This document shows, piece by piece, positions 19,790 to 30,967 of a stretch of DNA of 64,000 nucleotides. The DNA lies in the NCBI GenBank assembly GCA_963677485.1, contig OY781964.1:2304001-2368000 (forward strand), given 5' to 3'. The translations under genes and the position numbers were made by a program. The number at the start of each line of letters is the position of its first letter. Position 1 is the stretch's first letter. A model generated the notes under the pieces. That model ran no database searches and was not told the origin of the DNA. It saw only the letters and a program-made list of their open reading frames with translations. Source of the stretch: Armatimonadota bacterium (GTDB taxonomy: Bacteria; Armatimonadota; HRBIN16).

Positions 19790-21844
19790 ATGCATAAATA
19801 CTCTGTGTCCCAATCAGCCGGCGGACCAATCCTTATGGCCGATGGCAAACCGCTCTCTCCCACCATGTTTTTCGTAAATACCGACGGCGAGGCCACGGAC
19901 GCCGCCAAACGCCTGCAGGAGATCGACGGGGCGAGGCGTAGCCGTGTCAATATCATCTCCATCACCAGCGGGCCGCTCTATCCGGCCTCCGTCACCGCAA
20001 AACCGGACTTCTCAGAGACGGTCCGTCGCGTGCGCATGGTCACTGCGCAATCCCCTGATGCCAAAATACTGCTCAGGGTGGGTGTGGGTTATCCGCCGGC
20101 CTGGTGGACGAATGCACACCCCGAAGCGGTGTCGATCAGCCAAAACGGCAAGCCCTGCGCAGCCTCCTTCTTCAGCGATGTTTGGCGGAAAGAGGCGATG
20201 GGCTATCTGGAGCAGATGGTGCAGACTCTGGAGACCGAGGTCGGCGACGCCATGTTGGGTTATCATCCCAGTGCCCTGGAGACCGGCGAGTGGTTTTCAG
20301 TGGGCGGATGGGAAGCGCAAGTAGGCGGTTATGATCAACCGGCCAAGGCCGCTTTCCGCCGATGGCTGCGGGCGAAATACCGCACGGTCGCAGCGCTCAA
20401 CAGCGCCTGGGGCAGCCGCGATGTGCGCTTCGCCGATGCGGAGCCGCCCTCCGCGGAAAAACTGACGAAGCCATCCAGTGAACTGTTCGAGATACCTGAT
20501 CAGAACCGGCAGGTGGTCGACTTCTGCGAGTTCTGGAACGAAAGCGTGGCCGATGCGGCCATCCTCACGTGCCAAACGGTCAAGAAAGCCGCACCTCACC
20601 GGTTGACGGCCCTGTTCTATGGCTACCACTATGAGCTCTCGGGTTTACCGCTTGGTCTGCGCACCAGCGGGCATCTGGCACTGCGGCATATGCTAAAGGC
20701 ACCCGCGGTCGACATGCTCTGCTCGCCGGTCAGCTACGCCAACCGGCTGCATGGCGGTGTGGGGCAGTTTATGAGCTCCATCGATTCAGTGCAGATGGCG
20801 GGGAAAATCTGGCTGCATGAGGATGATACCCGCACGCATCTGGCCTCAGACGGCCAGTATGGTCTACCGCCCGCCGCAAATGCGGACCAAACCCGCGATA
20901 TTCTGACCCGCAATTTTGGGCACCTCATCAGCCGTGGCTCCGCCATCTGGTGGATGGACCTGTTCGGCAAGGGCTGGTTCCTGGGTGAGGATGTCTGGAA
21001 CCCAATTGCGAAGATGTCGGACGCCATGCGCCTGACATACGCCAAGACCAAACCTTACCGTCCTGAGATCGCCGTGGTGTTCGACGAGGCGTCGGCTTAC
21101 ACACAGCCTACGGGCGTCAGCCGCGAGCCAATCTGCGCCTCGGTGTTCCGCGAGCATCTGTATGGCATCGGGGCACCGCTGGGGTTCTATTTGCTGGACG
21201 ACGTTCTGGCAGGCAAAGTAGACTGGCCCAAGATGATGATCTTCCTGAACGCTTTCAGCATGAGCCCAACCCAGCGCGCCAAACTGAGGGAGCGCACTCG
21301 GCACAGCACCAACGTGTGGATGTATGCCTCGGGTTATGTAGAGCAGGGGAAGATGTCCGCTGAGGGTATCTCCGAGCTCACCGGCATCCACGTACAGCAG
21401 ATGCCCTCCCAGCCTGGCTCTGTGGAGATGGCCGACGCGCAGCTGTTTGACTGGAATAGCAGGCCGGTCTCGCCAGGCTTCTATGTAGAGGACCGCTCCG
21501 CCGAAAGTCTGGGCAGCTACTCCGAGGGGGGCAAAGTGGCTATCGCCGCGAAGGCTGACCGCTCGGCCCGTGACATCGTATGCTGCCCGTTGCTGCTGCC
21601 CTCCAACATCATGTCCAACTGGGCGAAACAGGCGGGGGTGCATCTGTATGCCAAACCGGGGGATGTGGTGGCCGCAGGCAAGGGCTACGTCTGCCTGACC
21701 GCCCGCTCAGCCGGCGTGAAGGAGCTCATCCTGCCGACCGCCAGTGCCTTGCAGGACGTGGTCAGCGGCGAAACCCGGCCTAAGGCGAAGGTGCATAGCT
21801 TCAGTATGCAGACAGGCGAGTCGCACCTGTGGAAGTTGAAGTGA
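19790..21844 (+). CDS. Beta-galactosidase-like (GH42-related TIM barrel) protein
   Basis: YPPAWW, TGEW, AFRRWLRAKY.TVAALNSAWG, SPVSY..R, EDDTRT motifs; GGAGGG RBS before ATG 19790. Confidence 0.65.
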   Translation: MHKYSVSQSAGGPILMADGKPLSPTMFFVNTDGEATDAAKRLQEIDGARRSRVNIISITSGPLYPASVTAKPDFSETVRRVRMVTAQSPDAKILLRVGVGYPPAWWTNAHPEAVSISQNGKPCAASFFSDVWRKEAMGYLEQMVQTLETEVGDAMLGYHPSALETGEWFSVGGWEAQVGGYDQPAKAAFRRWLRAKYRTVAALNSAWGSRDVRFADAEPPSAEKLTKPSSELFEIPDQNRQVVDFCEFWNESVADAAILTCQTVKKAAPHRLTALFYGYHYELSGLPLGLRTSGHLALRHMLKAPAVDMLCSPVSYANRLHGGVGQFMSSIDSVQMAGKIWLHEDDTRTHLASDGQYGLPPAANADQTRDILTRNFGHLISRGSAIWWMDLFGKGWFLGEDVWNPIAKMSDAMRLTYAKTKPYRPEIAVVFDEASAYTQPTGVSREPICASVFREHLYGIGAPLGFYLLDDVLAGKVDWPKMMIFLNAFSMSPTQRAKLRERTRHSTNVWMYASGYVEQGKMSAEGISELTGIHVQQMPSQPGSVEMADAQLFDWNSRPVSPGFYVEDRSAESLGSYSEGGKVAIAAKADRSARDIVCCPLLLPSNIMSNWAKQAGVHLYAKPGDVVAAGKGYVCLTARSAGVKELILPTASALQDVVSGETRPKAKVHSFSMQTGESHLWKLK

Positions 21845-21894
21845 GGGAGGAGTAGGGGGGCTGTCTCACGCGAAGCCCCTACGTTCGGCTCGCC

Positions 21895-24800
21895 CTACTT
21901 CACCCAGACCAGGCCGTAGTCGGTGCCAATGGTGGGCAGGATGAACTCGCCGTTCTTCAACGGCAGCTTCTCGCCTGTCATCATGTTCACCGCGGAGGTC
22001 GCTTTGGTAAGGCCCATGGCCTTAAGGTTCAGCTTCACAGGAAGCTTTTGATCCTGCTTGCTGAAGCTGCTGACCACGCACATCGCACTGATGCCCTTGC
22101 GCAGATACAGCGAGCAATAAGCCTTCTCCCCCTTGACCGTAACCAGGCTAGAGTTATTCCAGTAAGGATGCCATAACGACTGCTTCTTGCCGAAGGCGTT
22201 CATGGCCTTGAAGATGGCCGCTTCCTCTTTCATCGCATATCCTCGGGCGCGCACCAGAACATCGTGCAACATCGTCATGGTGAAGGCCTCGTGGAAGGTA
22301 AACGGCATATCATAGCACAGGAACTCGTAAGGAACGCCAAACTGGTGCCCCATGAATTCCGCGCGGAAGGCATCCAATGGGATCACCTCGTCGATGGGCT
22401 GGCGTTTGGTGAGCACGGTCAGGTGTTCGGCATCCCAGGTGCTGGTCGCCCAGCCAATGGATGGCGTGACCGCGTGGCCGGAGTTGTGCAGGTTGACCTG
22501 ACCATTCGGCTTGCGCGACTTCACCACCGTATAGAGCCGCCGCAACATGTCGCGGGTGCCCTGGTAATCAAAGGTGGGGGCGATGGTGCCATCAGGTCGG
22601 GTATAACCGCAGCCATGCATCGTGTTGCTGCACCAGAAGGGCAGCGCGGTGCTGTCTAGATAAACCCCGTCGATGTCGTATTTATCCATCACTTTGGCGA
22701 CGCCATCGGCGATGAAATCCTGCCAGACACTCTTGTAGCACACCACATAGTCCTTTTGAGCGGGAGAGCGGGTGTAGCTCTGCCAGTCGGGCTTGACCAT
22801 CACTTCGTCTTTGTAATCCAGCCAGGTGGGCATGATGTCGGATATCTCATAGCCGAAGTAGACCAGAATCTGGAAGCCTTTTGCATGGCAGGCTTTGACC
22901 AGCGCCTTGAGCTGCTCTTCGTGGCCCACCGCTTCCGGCCAGTTCTGTATGTCGGTCCACTGCTCATGGAACACGATGGTCTTGTAACCCATCTGCTTCA
23001 GGTAATCCAGAGTGGGCATCGCACTGGTCGATACACTGATGGTTTTACCCATTTTGTCTATCGAACTATCGAATATGCCGGCGATCTCCCCACCAGGACC
23101 AACATCGGGCTTGGTGACACTGCGATTGGGGCCTGCTTCGGTGATGTTCATGTAGCGGTCCAGCAGCACGGTGTGAGCGTCGGCTGTCCAAGGCGCTGTG
23201 GGCATTTCGGGCTCACGCACCACGTCCGATACGCGTAGTGCCTTTACGCTGAAGCCGGGCTTTTGGATCTGCAGACCTATAGTGTTGGCTGAAGGCAAGC
23301 CGTTCATCAGCCCGGTGAGCGGATATTCCTTCGATAGTTTTCCATCAATGGCGATACGGATGGCGTCACTCCAACTGAGGGACACCAGATGGCTTTCGTC
23401 CTGCTTCCAGTTACATGCCACGTCGCCCAGCATGATGAACTGCCCCTTAGAGAAGAGGTAGGCGCGCATCCCGCGCACATCGATGTTCCAATAGAAAACA
23501 AGCTGATCCTGGCCATTTGTAAGAGTCAGTAGATACCTGTTAAGCAGACCTAGGTTGGCACCATCAGGCACCACCACATTGGGATCGAAGTTCAACTTTA
23601 CCCACATATCCAGCGTGCCTGCGGGGGAATCCAACACCGTGGGCGAGCTGTAGTTGATGTTGGCATCGCTGTTCATCACGGAATCCTGCATCCCATATTC
23701 GCCAGAATGGCAGATGCGGTAGTCCCAGGTGTCCTTGTCTGGCTGCTTCACCGGGGTGGCCTGCAACCCGAAATGGTAGGCCACGCCCTTGGACATCTGG
23801 CCCGATGTAAAGCTGAGAGGGCGGGTGATCATGTTGAAGGCCATGGTCGTGGTTTCTTTACTGGTGTTTTTCACCGTGGCGGCCTTGGCGTCTTTCCCCC
23901 AAGCCCAGTTTTCATCGGTGGTGGTGTAAAGGGCCAGCCCCTTCTCTTCGTCTCCTACCCACAGATAACTCACAAAACTGTTTTCCCAACCCGCGGCAGG
24001 GATCGTCCGTGAGTTCTCAGTGGAAGCGTACGGCGTGGGGAAGTAGTGGCGGTATTTGGCATACTGCCGCTTCATCGGAATCTCTATGGAGAACTTGTCG
24101 ATGGTGACCGGCTTGCTGCCTTTGAAGCTGACATCGATGAAGGCGTTGCCGTCGAAGTCCATGACCACATGCGAACGGGCGGTCATGCTTCCAGCGGAGG
24201 CTACCCCATCCAGGGTGATCTGAGATCCGCTCTTCTTCGTGATGCTCATCTTGCCGTTCAGTGTGACCGGCTTGCCGTCCACCAGCATTTTCATGCTGAT
24301 CGGGCCATTCAATAGCGAGGCCGACTTGGCCGTGACCGCGATGGGGAATGGCGATCCGCCAAAAACATAGCTGCGGCCCCAGGGCGAGATGCTGATGGAT
24401 GCTTTTGTCTGTTTGATTTTCAGAGGTGTCCATGGTGCCAGTACCTTGTCGCTGATACCAGCCTTGGAGCCGACCCACTCGGGCACGGCGGGACGGGTGT
24501 AGCTGAGCTCGGAAGTGGAGACCAGCTTGCCTTGAGCATCCTTGGCCTCGACTACAGCGCGGCACTCCACAAACGGCAGCTTGGCGATGTCCAGCAGGAA
24601 CGAGGCCTTCTGGGCACTCACCGGCTTCGATTCACTGAGCAACCGGTTGTTCTGCATATCCATGATGGTGACGGAGCAGGCGGTGATCCCTTCCAGTTTT
24701 GGAGAGGCAGGCACTACCACATCCACGCCCAGCTTGCCCTGCAGGAAATACCGCCGCAGGCTCATCTTGACGCTGTTCCAAACCTCTTTACTGCCTGTCT

Positions 24801-25758
24801 GTCGGAGCAGCAGCTCGCCAGTTTTTGAATCATTGACTGTAACTTTCCAGTCATACACCCCATCAGCTGGCTCTTTCCCCGGGTCGGCGATGCTGGAATG
24901 CAGCCGTGCGGCTTGGACTCCTTCAGAGGAATCGCCATTGACCGCTTTCCCATCGATACTGAGATCCAGCTTGGCTTTCACGGCGGAGGAGATCCCGCTT
25001 AGTTGAAAGTCGATCCCGCTGACGGACGGTAGCTGCAGGGCACTCACCCCGCCGGTTTTGTTTGCCAGCACCAGGTGGCCGAACTTACCCGGCTGGTGGA
25101 ATCCGCCGGTTTCTAGCAGCGGTGCCCAGGTCAGGTTGGTGTCCGGACCTTTGCGATCCAGGCCCACATTGAACCCGATCATCCTGTCGGCACTGCTGGG
25201 GCTTATGCCCACGGTGCTGAAGGGAATCGCCATCTCAATATACCAGGCGCCATCACCTGCCGATGTTTTCGCAGTCCATACGCCGTTCCAGGCCGCGTCT
25301 TTGTCCTTCGTATCGCAGACACTGCCCACGGCGTTGCAAGAAAACTGATAGCTGGTCATGTTGGTGTGCAGTGGGTCGATGAATAGCTCTACGCCCTCAT
25401 CCTGCCAGATCGCACCATCGCGCTCCCGTTGCTTTGCGATTGGTGCCTGCCCTTTGGGAAGTGCGACGGACACCGCCAGGCATATATTTTGCGAGTCATA
25501 ACCCACCCATGCGGTCTGCGTGGTGCTGGGCACGTTGTTGCTTCCCAGCACGTGAAAGTTGTTAGTCTTTACGGCACCATCCCATTCGCCAGGTGTAAGC
25601 ACGCCGTCGATGGTGGGGGCTTTTGCCATCGGGGTGATGCGCATCGTAGGCGCATCCGGGCTCTGAGCATCGTAAGCGTGCGTGACGGCCGGTATATAGA
25701 GGGCCAGTATTGCACAGTACAAGCTGAGACAGCTTGATTTTAGTCGGGGCATCATCAT
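21895..25758 (-). CDS. Large secreted CBM9-like + DUF6067-like glycoside hydrolase with LamG-like insert
   Basis: APTIDG.L..GEW, D.VELFIDP, W.IEMAIPF (CBM9-like); PWTP, DGVYLD; GTLDMWVK (LamG-like). Confidence 0.65.
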   Translation of the reverse strand: MMMPRLKSSCLSLYCAILALYIPAVTHAYDAQSPDAPTMRITPMAKAPTIDGVLTPGEWDGAVKTNNFHVLGSNNVPSTTQTAWVGYDSQNICLAVSVALPKGQAPIAKQRERDGAIWQDEGVELFIDPLHTNMTSYQFSCNAVGSVCDTKDKDAAWNGVWTAKTSAGDGAWYIEMAIPFSTVGISPSSADRMIGFNVGLDRKGPDTNLTWAPLLETGGFHQPGKFGHLVLANKTGGVSALQLPSVSGIDFQLSGISSAVKAKLDLSIDGKAVNGDSSEGVQAARLHSSIADPGKEPADGVYDWKVTVNDSKTGELLLRQTGSKEVWNSVKMSLRRYFLQGKLGVDVVVPASPKLEGITACSVTIMDMQNNRLLSESKPVSAQKASFLLDIAKLPFVECRAVVEAKDAQGKLVSTSELSYTRPAVPEWVGSKAGISDKVLAPWTPLKIKQTKASISISPWGRSYVFGGSPFPIAVTAKSASLLNGPISMKMLVDGKPVTLNGKMSITKKSGSQITLDGVASAGSMTARSHVVMDFDGNAFIDVSFKGSKPVTIDKFSIEIPMKRQYAKYRHYFPTPYASTENSRTIPAAGWENSFVSYLWVGDEEKGLALYTTTDENWAWGKDAKAATVKNTSKETTTMAFNMITRPLSFTSGQMSKGVAYHFGLQATPVKQPDKDTWDYRICHSGEYGMQDSVMNSDANINYSSPTVLDSPAGTLDMWVKLNFDPNVVVPDGANLGLLNRYLLTLTNGQDQLVFYWNIDVRGMRAYLFSKGQFIMLGDVACNWKQDESHLVSLSWSDAIRIAIDGKLSKEYPLTGLMNGLPSANTIGLQIQKPGFSVKALRVSDVVREPEMPTAPWTADAHTVLLDRYMNITEAGPNRSVTKPDVGPGGEIAGIFDSSIDKMGKTISVSTSAMPTLDYLKQMGYKTIVFHEQWTDIQNWPEAVGHEEQLKALVKACHAKGFQILVYFGYEISDIMPTWLDYKDEVMVKPDWQSYTRSPAQKDYVVCYKSVWQDFIADGVAKVMDKYDIDGVYLDSTALPFWCSNTMHGCGYTRPDGTIAPTFDYQGTRDMLRRLYTVVKSRKPNGQVNLHNSGHAVTPSIGWATSTWDAEHLTVLTKRQPIDEVIPLDAFRAEFMGHQFGVPYEFLCYDMPFTFHEAFTMTMLHDVLVRARGYAMKEEAAIFKAMNAFGKKQSLWHPYWNNSSLVTVKGEKAYCSLYLRKGISAMCVVSSFSKQDQKLPVKLNLKAMGLTKATSAVNMMTGEKLPLKNGEFILPTIGTDYGLVWVK

Positions 25759-25889
25759 GTTTTGGCTCCTTAGGTGCTTGAGATTATGTTGGTGCTATCC
25801 AGCCAATGTGGCAAGCGTAGCAATTCCACTCTTCAACAACAGCGTTGAGCTGTATCAACAGATACATTATGTGATTTTCGTTGTTTTGG

Positions 25890-28800
25890 CTATTTCACCC
25901 ACACCAGGCCGTAGTCTATACCGGCTGTAGGAAGAATGAACTCACCATCTACAAGCTTGAGTTTCTCGCCTGTCATCATGTTCACTGCAGAACTTGCGTG
26001 GCTCAAGCCCATCGCTTTGAGGTTAAGCTTAACGGATAACTTCTGAGCACTTTTGCTGAAACTGCTCACCACACACATGGCACTGACGCCTTGTCGCGTG
26101 TATAAAGAGCAATAAGCCTTATCGCCTTTGACGCTTACCAGGTTGGCGTTGTTCCAGTATGGTTTGAACTTGGATTTCTGTTTGCCAAAGGCGTCCATCG
26201 CTTTGAGAACCAGCGCCTGCTCCTGAAGGGTATACCCGCGAGCGCGCACGAGGGTGTCATGAAGTAATGACATGGCGAAGGACTCGTGAATGGAGAACGG
26301 CAGGTCATAACTCAGAAGCTCCTGAGGAATACCTTGTGGGCGACCCATAAACTCGGTTCGGTAAGCATCCAGGGGTATTAACTCGTCGATGGGTATTTTG
26401 TCCGTCAGTATCGAGAAGTGCTCGCCATCCCAGATGCTGGTCGCCCAGCCGGTGGCAGGAGTCAGCATATAACCGGAAGCGTGAAGGTTAACTTGCCCTT
26501 CCGGCTTCTTCGATTTGACGATGGTATACAAGCGGCGCATCATTTCGCGAGTTCCATGGAATGGCACGGTCGGTTCGATGGAACCATCGGGTTTCACATA
26601 ACCGCATCCATGCATCGTGTTCTTGCAGTAAAACGGTAAGGCGGTGCTGTCCAGATAGACACCATCAATATCGTATTTGTCCATCACTTTACTCACACCA
26701 TCGGCTATGAAGTCCTGCCATACACTTTCGTAACAAACCACATAGTCCTTCTGTTGGGGTAAGCGGGTATAGCTCTGCCAGTCATCTTTTAACATGACCT
26801 CATCTTTGTAGTCCAAGAAGTGAGGCATGATATCTGAAATTTCAAAGCCGAAGTAGACGAGAAGCTGAAGCCCTCGGTCGTGGCACGCCTTCACCAATGT
26901 CTTCAGCTCTTGTTCGTGCCCCACCGCCTCAGGCCAGTTCTGAATGTCTGTCCATTGTTCATGCATGACGATGGTTCGAAAGCCAAGTGACTTCAAGTAG
27001 TCCAAGGCCAGCATCGTGGTTCCTGAAACGCTCATGATGGTGCTGGTGGGACCAGGCGAGTAGGTCACACTGCCGGTGAGTTCACCCTTGGGGCCAACTG
27101 TCGGCTGTGTGCTGTAATTCACCGGCCCTGTTGCAGTGATGTTACTCAGGTTGTCCAGCAGCACGGTGTTTGAATCGCGGGTATAGGCGGTTTTGGGCAT
27201 AGAAGGTTCTCGGATGATGTTGGAGACGCGAACCTCGCCCAGACCGAAGCCCGGACCCGACATTTGCAGGCTTAAAGTTTTCGCCTCAGATCCCCCGTTC
27301 ATCAGGCCAACGAATGGATAATCCGTCATCTGACGGCCATCTACTGCCACACGGACAGCATCTCCCCAGCTCAGCGACAAATGGTGAAACTCGTTCTGCT
27401 TCCACTGGCAGGGGATGTCACCCATCATAGTAAATTTCCCATTGGACAGGTGATACACCCTCATCCCTCGTAACAGCACATTCCAATACAGATATAAGGC
27501 GTCTTGGCCATTCGATATAATCAGCAGTTGCTGGTTATACTGCCCTCTTTCGGTGCCTTCGGCGAACACCACATTGGGATCGAAGTTCAGCTTCACCCAC
27601 ATATCAATAGTGCCTTGAAGGCTGCTCAACAGCGTCGGGCTTTTGTATGTCAGCAAAGCCTGTTTGTTGAACACCGTATCCGTGATGTGGTAGTCGGTTG
27701 TGTGGGTCAGCCGGTAGTCCCAGGTGTCTTTTTCGGGCTTCTTAACCGGTGTGGCTTGCAGCCCGAAGTGATACTCCACGCCTTTGGCGAGTTGTTCTGT
27801 ACTGAACTTGAGTGGAGCTGTGACCATGTTGAAGGCCATCGTGACGGTCTCTGCATTGGATTGCCATACCGCCGCAGCTTTGGAATTGGCTCCCCATGCC
27901 CAGTTTTCGGTGGTGTTGGAGTATAAGGCTAAGCCTCTGTCTTCATCCCCCACCCATAGGTAGCTGACAAACCTGGCATCCCAGCCAGCATCTTCAATCT
28001 TCCTTGCATTTTCAGAGGATGCATACGGAACTGGGAAATAGTGCCGGTATTTGGCATATCGCTGCTTGATCGGTATTTCGATGGAGAACTTGTCGATGGT
28101 CGCTTCTTGCTTGCCCTTCAGGGTCACATCGATATAGGCGTTGCCATCGAAATCTATCACCACATGGGAGCTCGCTGTGAGGCTGCCAGCACTGGCTGTG
28201 CCATCTAGAATCACCTGAGCCTCCGTTTGCTTGGTGATGCTCATGCGGCCTTTCAGGGTATACGGCTTGCCATCAACCAGTATATGCATTGAGATCGGGC
28301 CGTTTAGTATAGAGGCTTTGTTGGTAAGCACCGAAGTTGGGAAGGGCGATCCGGCGAACGTGTAGGTTCGCCCCCAGGGTGAAACACTGACCAGCCCTCT
28401 GCTTTGCTTCACTTTTAGCGGGGTCCATGGGGCGACCACCTTGTCGCTGATGCCGGCCTGTGAGCCTAACCACTCAGGCAAAGCGGGACGTATGTATTTT
28501 TGTTCGGCAGTTATCAGTACTTTGCCATGTTCATCCTTCGCTTCGAACACAGCTTTGCATTCAACGAAAGGGAGTTTTGAGATATCGAGAAGGAAGGATG
28601 CTGCTCGCCCGCTTAGTGGCTTTGACTGCGTCATGAGTTGATTTCCGGCCATATCCAGTATGTTCACAGTAGCTGTGGTGGCGTTAGTGGTGGCTTCAGT
28701 TTCCGGTATCGCAGCATCTACACCGAGTTTCCCTTGCAGGAAGTATTTCCGAATGTTTAGTATGACATGTTGCCAAACCTCCACACTGCCCGAAATACGA

Positions 28801-29753
28801 TCGAGCACCACACCGCTTTTGGGTTCTTTGACCACAAGGTTCCAGTCATAAACACCATCAGGTGTCTCACTATTTACTTCGGGAAGGTTGATCGCTAATC
28901 GTGCCGGTAGAACACCATCGAATGCCTTCTCACCCAGCTTAGTACCCTGCGAGTTGAACTCTAGCATGGCATTCACAGGTGCCGAGTGACCTTGAAGCAC
29001 GAAGGCTATCTCGGTCGACGATTGAGCTTGCAAGCAACTCATGGACCCATTCTGACTGGCTAATACCAGGTGACCGAACTTGCCAGGCTGGTGAAAACCG
29101 CCTTGCTCCAACAAGGGAGCCCATGTGTAGTTTCGATCTGGGTTCTTCCGGTTCAGACAGACGTTGAAGCCCAACGTTGTGTCGCCATCAATCTGATTCA
29201 AACCAATAGTCTTGAGAGGTATCGCCATCTCGATATACCAGTTGCCATCAGCTACCGGTGTTTTTGCTGTCCATTCGCCGTTCCAAGCCGCGTCTTTATC
29301 CTTTGTATCGCTGATGCTGCCCACGGCGTTGCAAGCAAACTGGTAACTGGTCTTGTTGTCATGCATCGGGTCGATAAAGACCTCTATGCCCTCATCCTGC
29401 CAGATCACACCATCGCGATCGCGCTTCTCTGCAGTTGGAGTGTTCGCGCCATTAAGGCGTATACTGGCGGCAAGATACAGGTTGTGGGCGTCATAGCCGA
29501 TTCGAACGGGTTGATTGGTTAGAGGCACGTTGTTGCTGCCCAGCACATGAAAGCTGTTCGTTCCGGCGGCACCGTCCCATTCGCCCGGCGTGAGCACACC
29601 GTCGATGGTGGGTGCCTTGGTCATAGGGACAATACGCAGCAGGGGCGCTTTTGAATCGGACGTATCATAAGCATGCATTATTGATGGCATGAATAGCATT
29701 CCAGCGGCGGTGATAGACGCAATTACCCGTGAGGCTGAGGCAGTTGATGGCAT
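25890..29753 (-). CDS. Paralog of 21895-25758 (CBM9-like + DUF6067-like GH)
   Basis: Colinear and the same ORF length (1287 aa), with shared motifs. Confidence 0.65.
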   Translation of the reverse strand: MPSTASASRVIASITAAGMLFMPSIMHAYDTSDSKAPLLRIVPMTKAPTIDGVLTPGEWDGAAGTNSFHVLGSNNVPLTNQPVRIGYDAHNLYLAASIRLNGANTPTAEKRDRDGVIWQDEGIEVFIDPMHDNKTSYQFACNAVGSISDTKDKDAAWNGEWTAKTPVADGNWYIEMAIPLKTIGLNQIDGDTTLGFNVCLNRKNPDRNYTWAPLLEQGGFHQPGKFGHLVLASQNGSMSCLQAQSSTEIAFVLQGHSAPVNAMLEFNSQGTKLGEKAFDGVLPARLAINLPEVNSETPDGVYDWNLVVKEPKSGVVLDRISGSVEVWQHVILNIRKYFLQGKLGVDAAIPETEATTNATTATVNILDMAGNQLMTQSKPLSGRAASFLLDISKLPFVECKAVFEAKDEHGKVLITAEQKYIRPALPEWLGSQAGISDKVVAPWTPLKVKQSRGLVSVSPWGRTYTFAGSPFPTSVLTNKASILNGPISMHILVDGKPYTLKGRMSITKQTEAQVILDGTASAGSLTASSHVVIDFDGNAYIDVTLKGKQEATIDKFSIEIPIKQRYAKYRHYFPVPYASSENARKIEDAGWDARFVSYLWVGDEDRGLALYSNTTENWAWGANSKAAAVWQSNAETVTMAFNMVTAPLKFSTEQLAKGVEYHFGLQATPVKKPEKDTWDYRLTHTTDYHITDTVFNKQALLTYKSPTLLSSLQGTIDMWVKLNFDPNVVFAEGTERGQYNQQLLIISNGQDALYLYWNVLLRGMRVYHLSNGKFTMMGDIPCQWKQNEFHHLSLSWGDAVRVAVDGRQMTDYPFVGLMNGGSEAKTLSLQMSGPGFGLGEVRVSNIIREPSMPKTAYTRDSNTVLLDNLSNITATGPVNYSTQPTVGPKGELTGSVTYSPGPTSTIMSVSGTTMLALDYLKSLGFRTIVMHEQWTDIQNWPEAVGHEQELKTLVKACHDRGLQLLVYFGFEISDIMPHFLDYKDEVMLKDDWQSYTRLPQQKDYVVCYESVWQDFIADGVSKVMDKYDIDGVYLDSTALPFYCKNTMHGCGYVKPDGSIEPTVPFHGTREMMRRLYTIVKSKKPEGQVNLHASGYMLTPATGWATSIWDGEHFSILTDKIPIDELIPLDAYRTEFMGRPQGIPQELLSYDLPFSIHESFAMSLLHDTLVRARGYTLQEQALVLKAMDAFGKQKSKFKPYWNNANLVSVKGDKAYCSLYTRQGVSAMCVVSSFSKSAQKLSVKLNLKAMGLSHASSAVNMMTGEKLKLVDGEFILPTAGIDYGLVWVK

Positions 29754-29975
29754 AGTTGGCTCCTATTATTGGTATAGCTATATATTCACCATCGAAAGTG
29801 CGAAATCATTGTGGGTACGGGCTGATTTTACGCGAGCTACTAGACACCGTTGGGGGTTGATAATCCACAGATTTCACAGATTACACAGATGTGGTAGGTG
29901 TTTGCCGTCGACGGGATCAGCCAAACACCTCCGCGTCCTTCGCGCCGTCACCTGTGGTGCCGCGTGAGAAAATCC

Positions 29976-30500
29976 CTAACCCTCCAGCCAGCGCCGCAAC
30001 TGCTTCGGGCTGCGCAGCACAATCACCGGCTTATCTTCGGCGAAGGCCTGCAGTGTGGCATACATATGCCGGACGGAACGTCGAGGGAACGTCCAGGCGA
30101 CATACCAGAAAAAGGCCCAGTCGATATGCTCCGGGCAGTCGTCCGCGAGGTCGGGACGCGTCTTGCCCAGGTTCGTCACCGCACGGCGGACCACCCGATA
30201 CAGGCACAGCCAGGTGGGGAAGTCCAGCACCACCACGCTGCTGCAGGCCTGCAACCGCCATGGCAGGGTGCGGCCGTAGTGCCCCTCGATAATCCAGCGG
30301 GGCTGCTCGATCAGCTCTTCGACTTTCTCCAAGAACTCCTCGTTGGATGGCTGCGTCCAGTGCGGTTTCCAAAACACGCTGTCGAGGTGGACGACCGGCA
30401 GATCGAGAATCTCAGCCAGTCGGAGTGCCAGTGTGGTCTTCCCTGCGCCGGAGCAGCCGATGATGAGTATCCGCGGGCCAAGCTGTTTGGTGTCAGGCAA
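29976..30500 (-). CDS. FlaR-like 'DNA topology modulation' P-loop kinase
   Basis: RILIIGCSGAGKTTLA, HLDS.FW.P.W, WIIEG.Y, R.DLA..CPE; AGGAGG RBS. Confidence 0.85.
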   Translation of the reverse strand: MPDTKQLGPRILIIGCSGAGKTTLALRLAEILDLPVVHLDSVFWKPHWTQPSNEEFLEKVEELIEQPRWIIEGHYGRTLPWRLQACSSVVVLDFPTWLCLYRVVRRAVTNLGKTRPDLADDCPEHIDWAFFWYVAWTFPRRSVRHMYATLQAFAEDKPVIVLRSPKQLRRWLEG

Positions 30501-30564
30501 CGGTGCAGACCTCCTTGGGGTGGTATCGTCAGGGTTATGGTATCAGGTTTACTATGACGGGCGA

Positions 30565-30967
30565 CTAAACCCGCGGCAGTGTGGCGGGCATCCTGCGATG
30601 TGGGTGACCCGCCCCGTGTCGACGGGTTCCATCGCCCCAGGGGGCTCCATCACCCGTCGCTGATTAGATGGCTGCCCGCGTCGCTTCGCTCCTGCAGGCG
30701 CTAGCGGAGGGCCATGCGCCTGCTTGCGGGCTGCAAATACCTAGACGCGCGGTGAGGGAACCCCGTTTAGGGACGCCAGTCCCGTGGGGTGACCAGCCCC
30801 CGGCAGCGTGGCGGACATCCTGCGATGTGGGTGACCGGCCCCGTGTCGACGGGTCCATCCCTATCCGTGTCATCCGTTCCATCCGCGTAATCCGTGGTTC
30901 AGACATGCATCGGCGATCACGGGAGATCGTGTCGCTTACCAGAAGGGCGATTCGCGAATCGCCCCTA
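30565..30967. repeat. Composite repeats (family R2 related) ending in the REP gggcgattcgcgaatcgccc-CTA
   Basis: The gcggtgagg..agggacgccagtcccgtggggtgacc block is shared with 58661-59890; the same REP occurs uninterrupted at about 59570-59593. Confidence 0.75.
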
